The notes under the pieces: model-generated
The model's database searches: none
Seen by the model: only the letters and a program-made list of their open reading frames with translations
Told to the model about the DNA's origin: nothing
Program-made: the position numbers and the translations under genes
NCBI GenBank assembly: GCA_002633005.1
Contig: NMRA01000334.1
Location: forward strand, 1-64,000
DNA length: 64,000 bases
From: Phoronis australis
Taxonomy: Eukaryota > Animalia > Phoronida
Direction of reading: 5' to 3'
In this document: positions 61,844 to 64,000 of the stretch, piece after piece
Layout: each line of letters begins with the position of its first letter
Numbering within the stretch: the stretch's first letter is position 1

Positions 61844-62868
61844 AACATGGAAAACCATTTATTTGGGGCTAAGTATCTTTAATGGAAAAAAATAACTGGA
61901 ATTTTACCTGTCGGCTAAATTGTGTCCTAAATTGCCGAGTTTACCATATCGATGTTCATGTGATGACATTGTGCATAAATAGTCTATCGCTATCAAAGCG
62001 ACAAATCAAACCGTTTCAACATGTGCATTTTACACTATCAGATACTGGCTAGTCACTATAGACTACTAGTGAAACAAAAGTCTACAAATATTGACTGACA
62101 TGTACTATCATTTCCAACTTCTACAGCTCTCAATGAAATGGAAAATTATTGACATATACCACTACACTAACGATTTTTTCTTCAATTGGCAATACAAAAA
62201 TCCCTTTCCAATTCGCCGTGACTCTCAAGGCTACACATGATACCCTATTTTAAGTGATGTGAAGAGCTTTTCTCCCTTTTTAATGCTCAGAGTTAGCATT
62301 CATAATTAACCAAAAATTGTACACAAAGTAATGAGTGGAATTTATCGATTCCTTGGCTTCTACCACAAGATTCGCCAAAACAAACCCTCAAGTAAAATAT
62401 TAACGCAAGGCCTTATAGGCATTTTTGGGAATGCTGAAATATGCAATTATCTTGAATGCACGGCGCTAGTCTGATTTGGTGCCCAGGGAACTGAAATTTG
62501 GAAATCAATGAATCAGAATGAGGGTGTAAAGCCAAGCATGGTCATTTAAAAATAAAGGACCATTTCAAATATTCTTCAGTAAAAAATGGGTATTTTGAAG
62601 CCCGGATGTGGCAAGGCGCCACTGAAACTGACTGTTTGACACCCAAAGGTAAGTAGTACAAAGGGTATGTTTTGAGAGCTAATAAAATTCTTGAAACACA
62701 GGCGTTCACACACTGGCACTGGTATAAACTGGTGGTGGTGGGTGCTTAAAAAGCCGAGCATGGGGGTTTAAAAGAGAATTTTCAGAGGTGAGTGCTAAGA
62801 AAATCTCGCACGAACGAGTACAGGTAGACCAATCATCATATGTTCACTGCCAATCATCCATCACCAAA

Positions 62869-62985
62869 TGTTTGGGGGGATTGCTGGGGGTGGGGGGGGG
62901 GTTACGTGTCGGAATCATGGACACCCTGGAATATTGGGAACCCCATTTTGGACACCCAAATTTCGAAATCCTGGATAAAGGCCTG
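62869..62985 (-). mobile_element. Truncated end of the same hAT MITE family as 23773-24248
   Basis: ~115 bp reverse-complement match to 23773-23885; ORF track shows near-identical peptides RPLSRISK.GCPKWGSQYSR in both places. Confidence 0.85.
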
Positions 62986-63595
62986 AAGACCACCCATGAA
63001 AATGCTGAATAAACAATTATAATAAAACAATACACCGCATGTTGTAAAATCCAGTTCAAATTAAATGATTGTTCATGTTACACAACCCGAATATAAGACC
63101 ATGGCCTTAAATAACAGGTTTTATGGTAATAGGCAATAGGGCCATCCCGAATTACACGGCGTTTATTAAACTTTTTCACTTGGAGTTGCAGCCCTCAGCT
63201 TAGCAGCAATACTTCATTGGCATTGAAAGGTGGAATAGAGTAATGCAACTGAGAAGAACTTGTAAAGAATCAGACAACAATAAATGACGTGAAATTCCAG
63301 CGGCACAAAAACGAGGCAGTAAATGCGCCTGACGAATGTTAACGGCATTGTGGGTAAGTACTCCGAGATTCGAGTGTCGCAGTACAATCTGGGATGGCCA
63401 AATTGTTCACCAATTATGACACATGCCTTGAACCAGAGAACCAAGCAATTGCGTTCCACAGATGCGAAAATCTTGCGACGAAAGCTAGTTTGAGCATCTG
63501 CTAAAATGCTTGTCTGGCATTTTGTCTGACAACAGAAGCCCAAACATGAACGGGTTTCTAATGAAAGTAAATGACAAAACTGCCAAGGGTTCTGC

Positions 63596-63759
63596 ATTGT
63601 AACACACACTCCAAATGCTGGCATCTTAAAGCGACATTGAACCTGTGATTTCACTCAAAAAACTTAACCCTATATATTGTAACACACACTCCAAATGCTG
63701 GCATCTTAAAGCGACATTGAACCTGGGATTTCTCTCAAAAAACTTACCCCTATATATTG
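63596..63759. repeat. Direct tandem duplication, 2 x 80 bp
   Basis: attgtaacacacactccaaatgctggcatcttaaagcgacattgaacctg... recurs at an 80-bp offset with about 3 mismatches. Confidence 0.95.
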
Positions 63760-64000
63760 GTCTCATCTCATTCTTTACTCAGTTTAGAAATGATCAGTGG
63801 GCTCCCGAAGGAGATTCTGATACTGATTTTTTCGGACCAAGAAAAAAAATTTTCAGGACAAACTGACACTGAACCAAACTTTTAACAAATCGTTCATTAT
63901 TGTTGAAAACTCTACCAAAACATCCAATCATGGCAATCAAAATGATGCAAATTTTTTTCTGTAATCTTGAAAATCTCTTAATGAGTGAACACAAAAATTA

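Overview
Eukaryotic, AT-rich, intron- and repeat-rich DNA, probably from a marine invertebrate deuterostome (inferred from protein similarity and repeat types; the species cannot be fixed from sequence alone). It holds three host genes. (1) The 5' part of FANCD2 on the minus strand: 11 coding exons traced by hand, 1218 nt, about 406 aa, running off the left edge. (2) Head-to-head with it, a PRRT3/PRRT4-family 7-TM protein gene on the plus strand: single-exon 660-aa CDS, probable non-coding exons back to ~14.6 kb, and a ~4.3 kb 3' UTR. (3) Convergent with that, an RD3/RD3L-family gene on the minus strand with an intronless CDS. The rest is a mosaic of transposon relics: Helentron-type non-autonomous elements, a fold-back Penelope element, a solo LTR, TA-TSD mariner/pogo-like elements, hAT MITEs plus a THAP12-like hAT relic, an XPG/H3TH (Academ-like) relic and a LINE tail. 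The most interesting signals are arrays of CTCF-consensus motifs carried by Helentron-type elements lying convergently around the FANCD2/PRRT promoter, a HIRAN-like domain inside a TIR transposon, a perfect heat-shock element plus TATA box in an intronic LTR antisense to FANCD2, and a FANCD2-PRRT head-to-head linkage like human 3p25. None is proven without searches or experiments.
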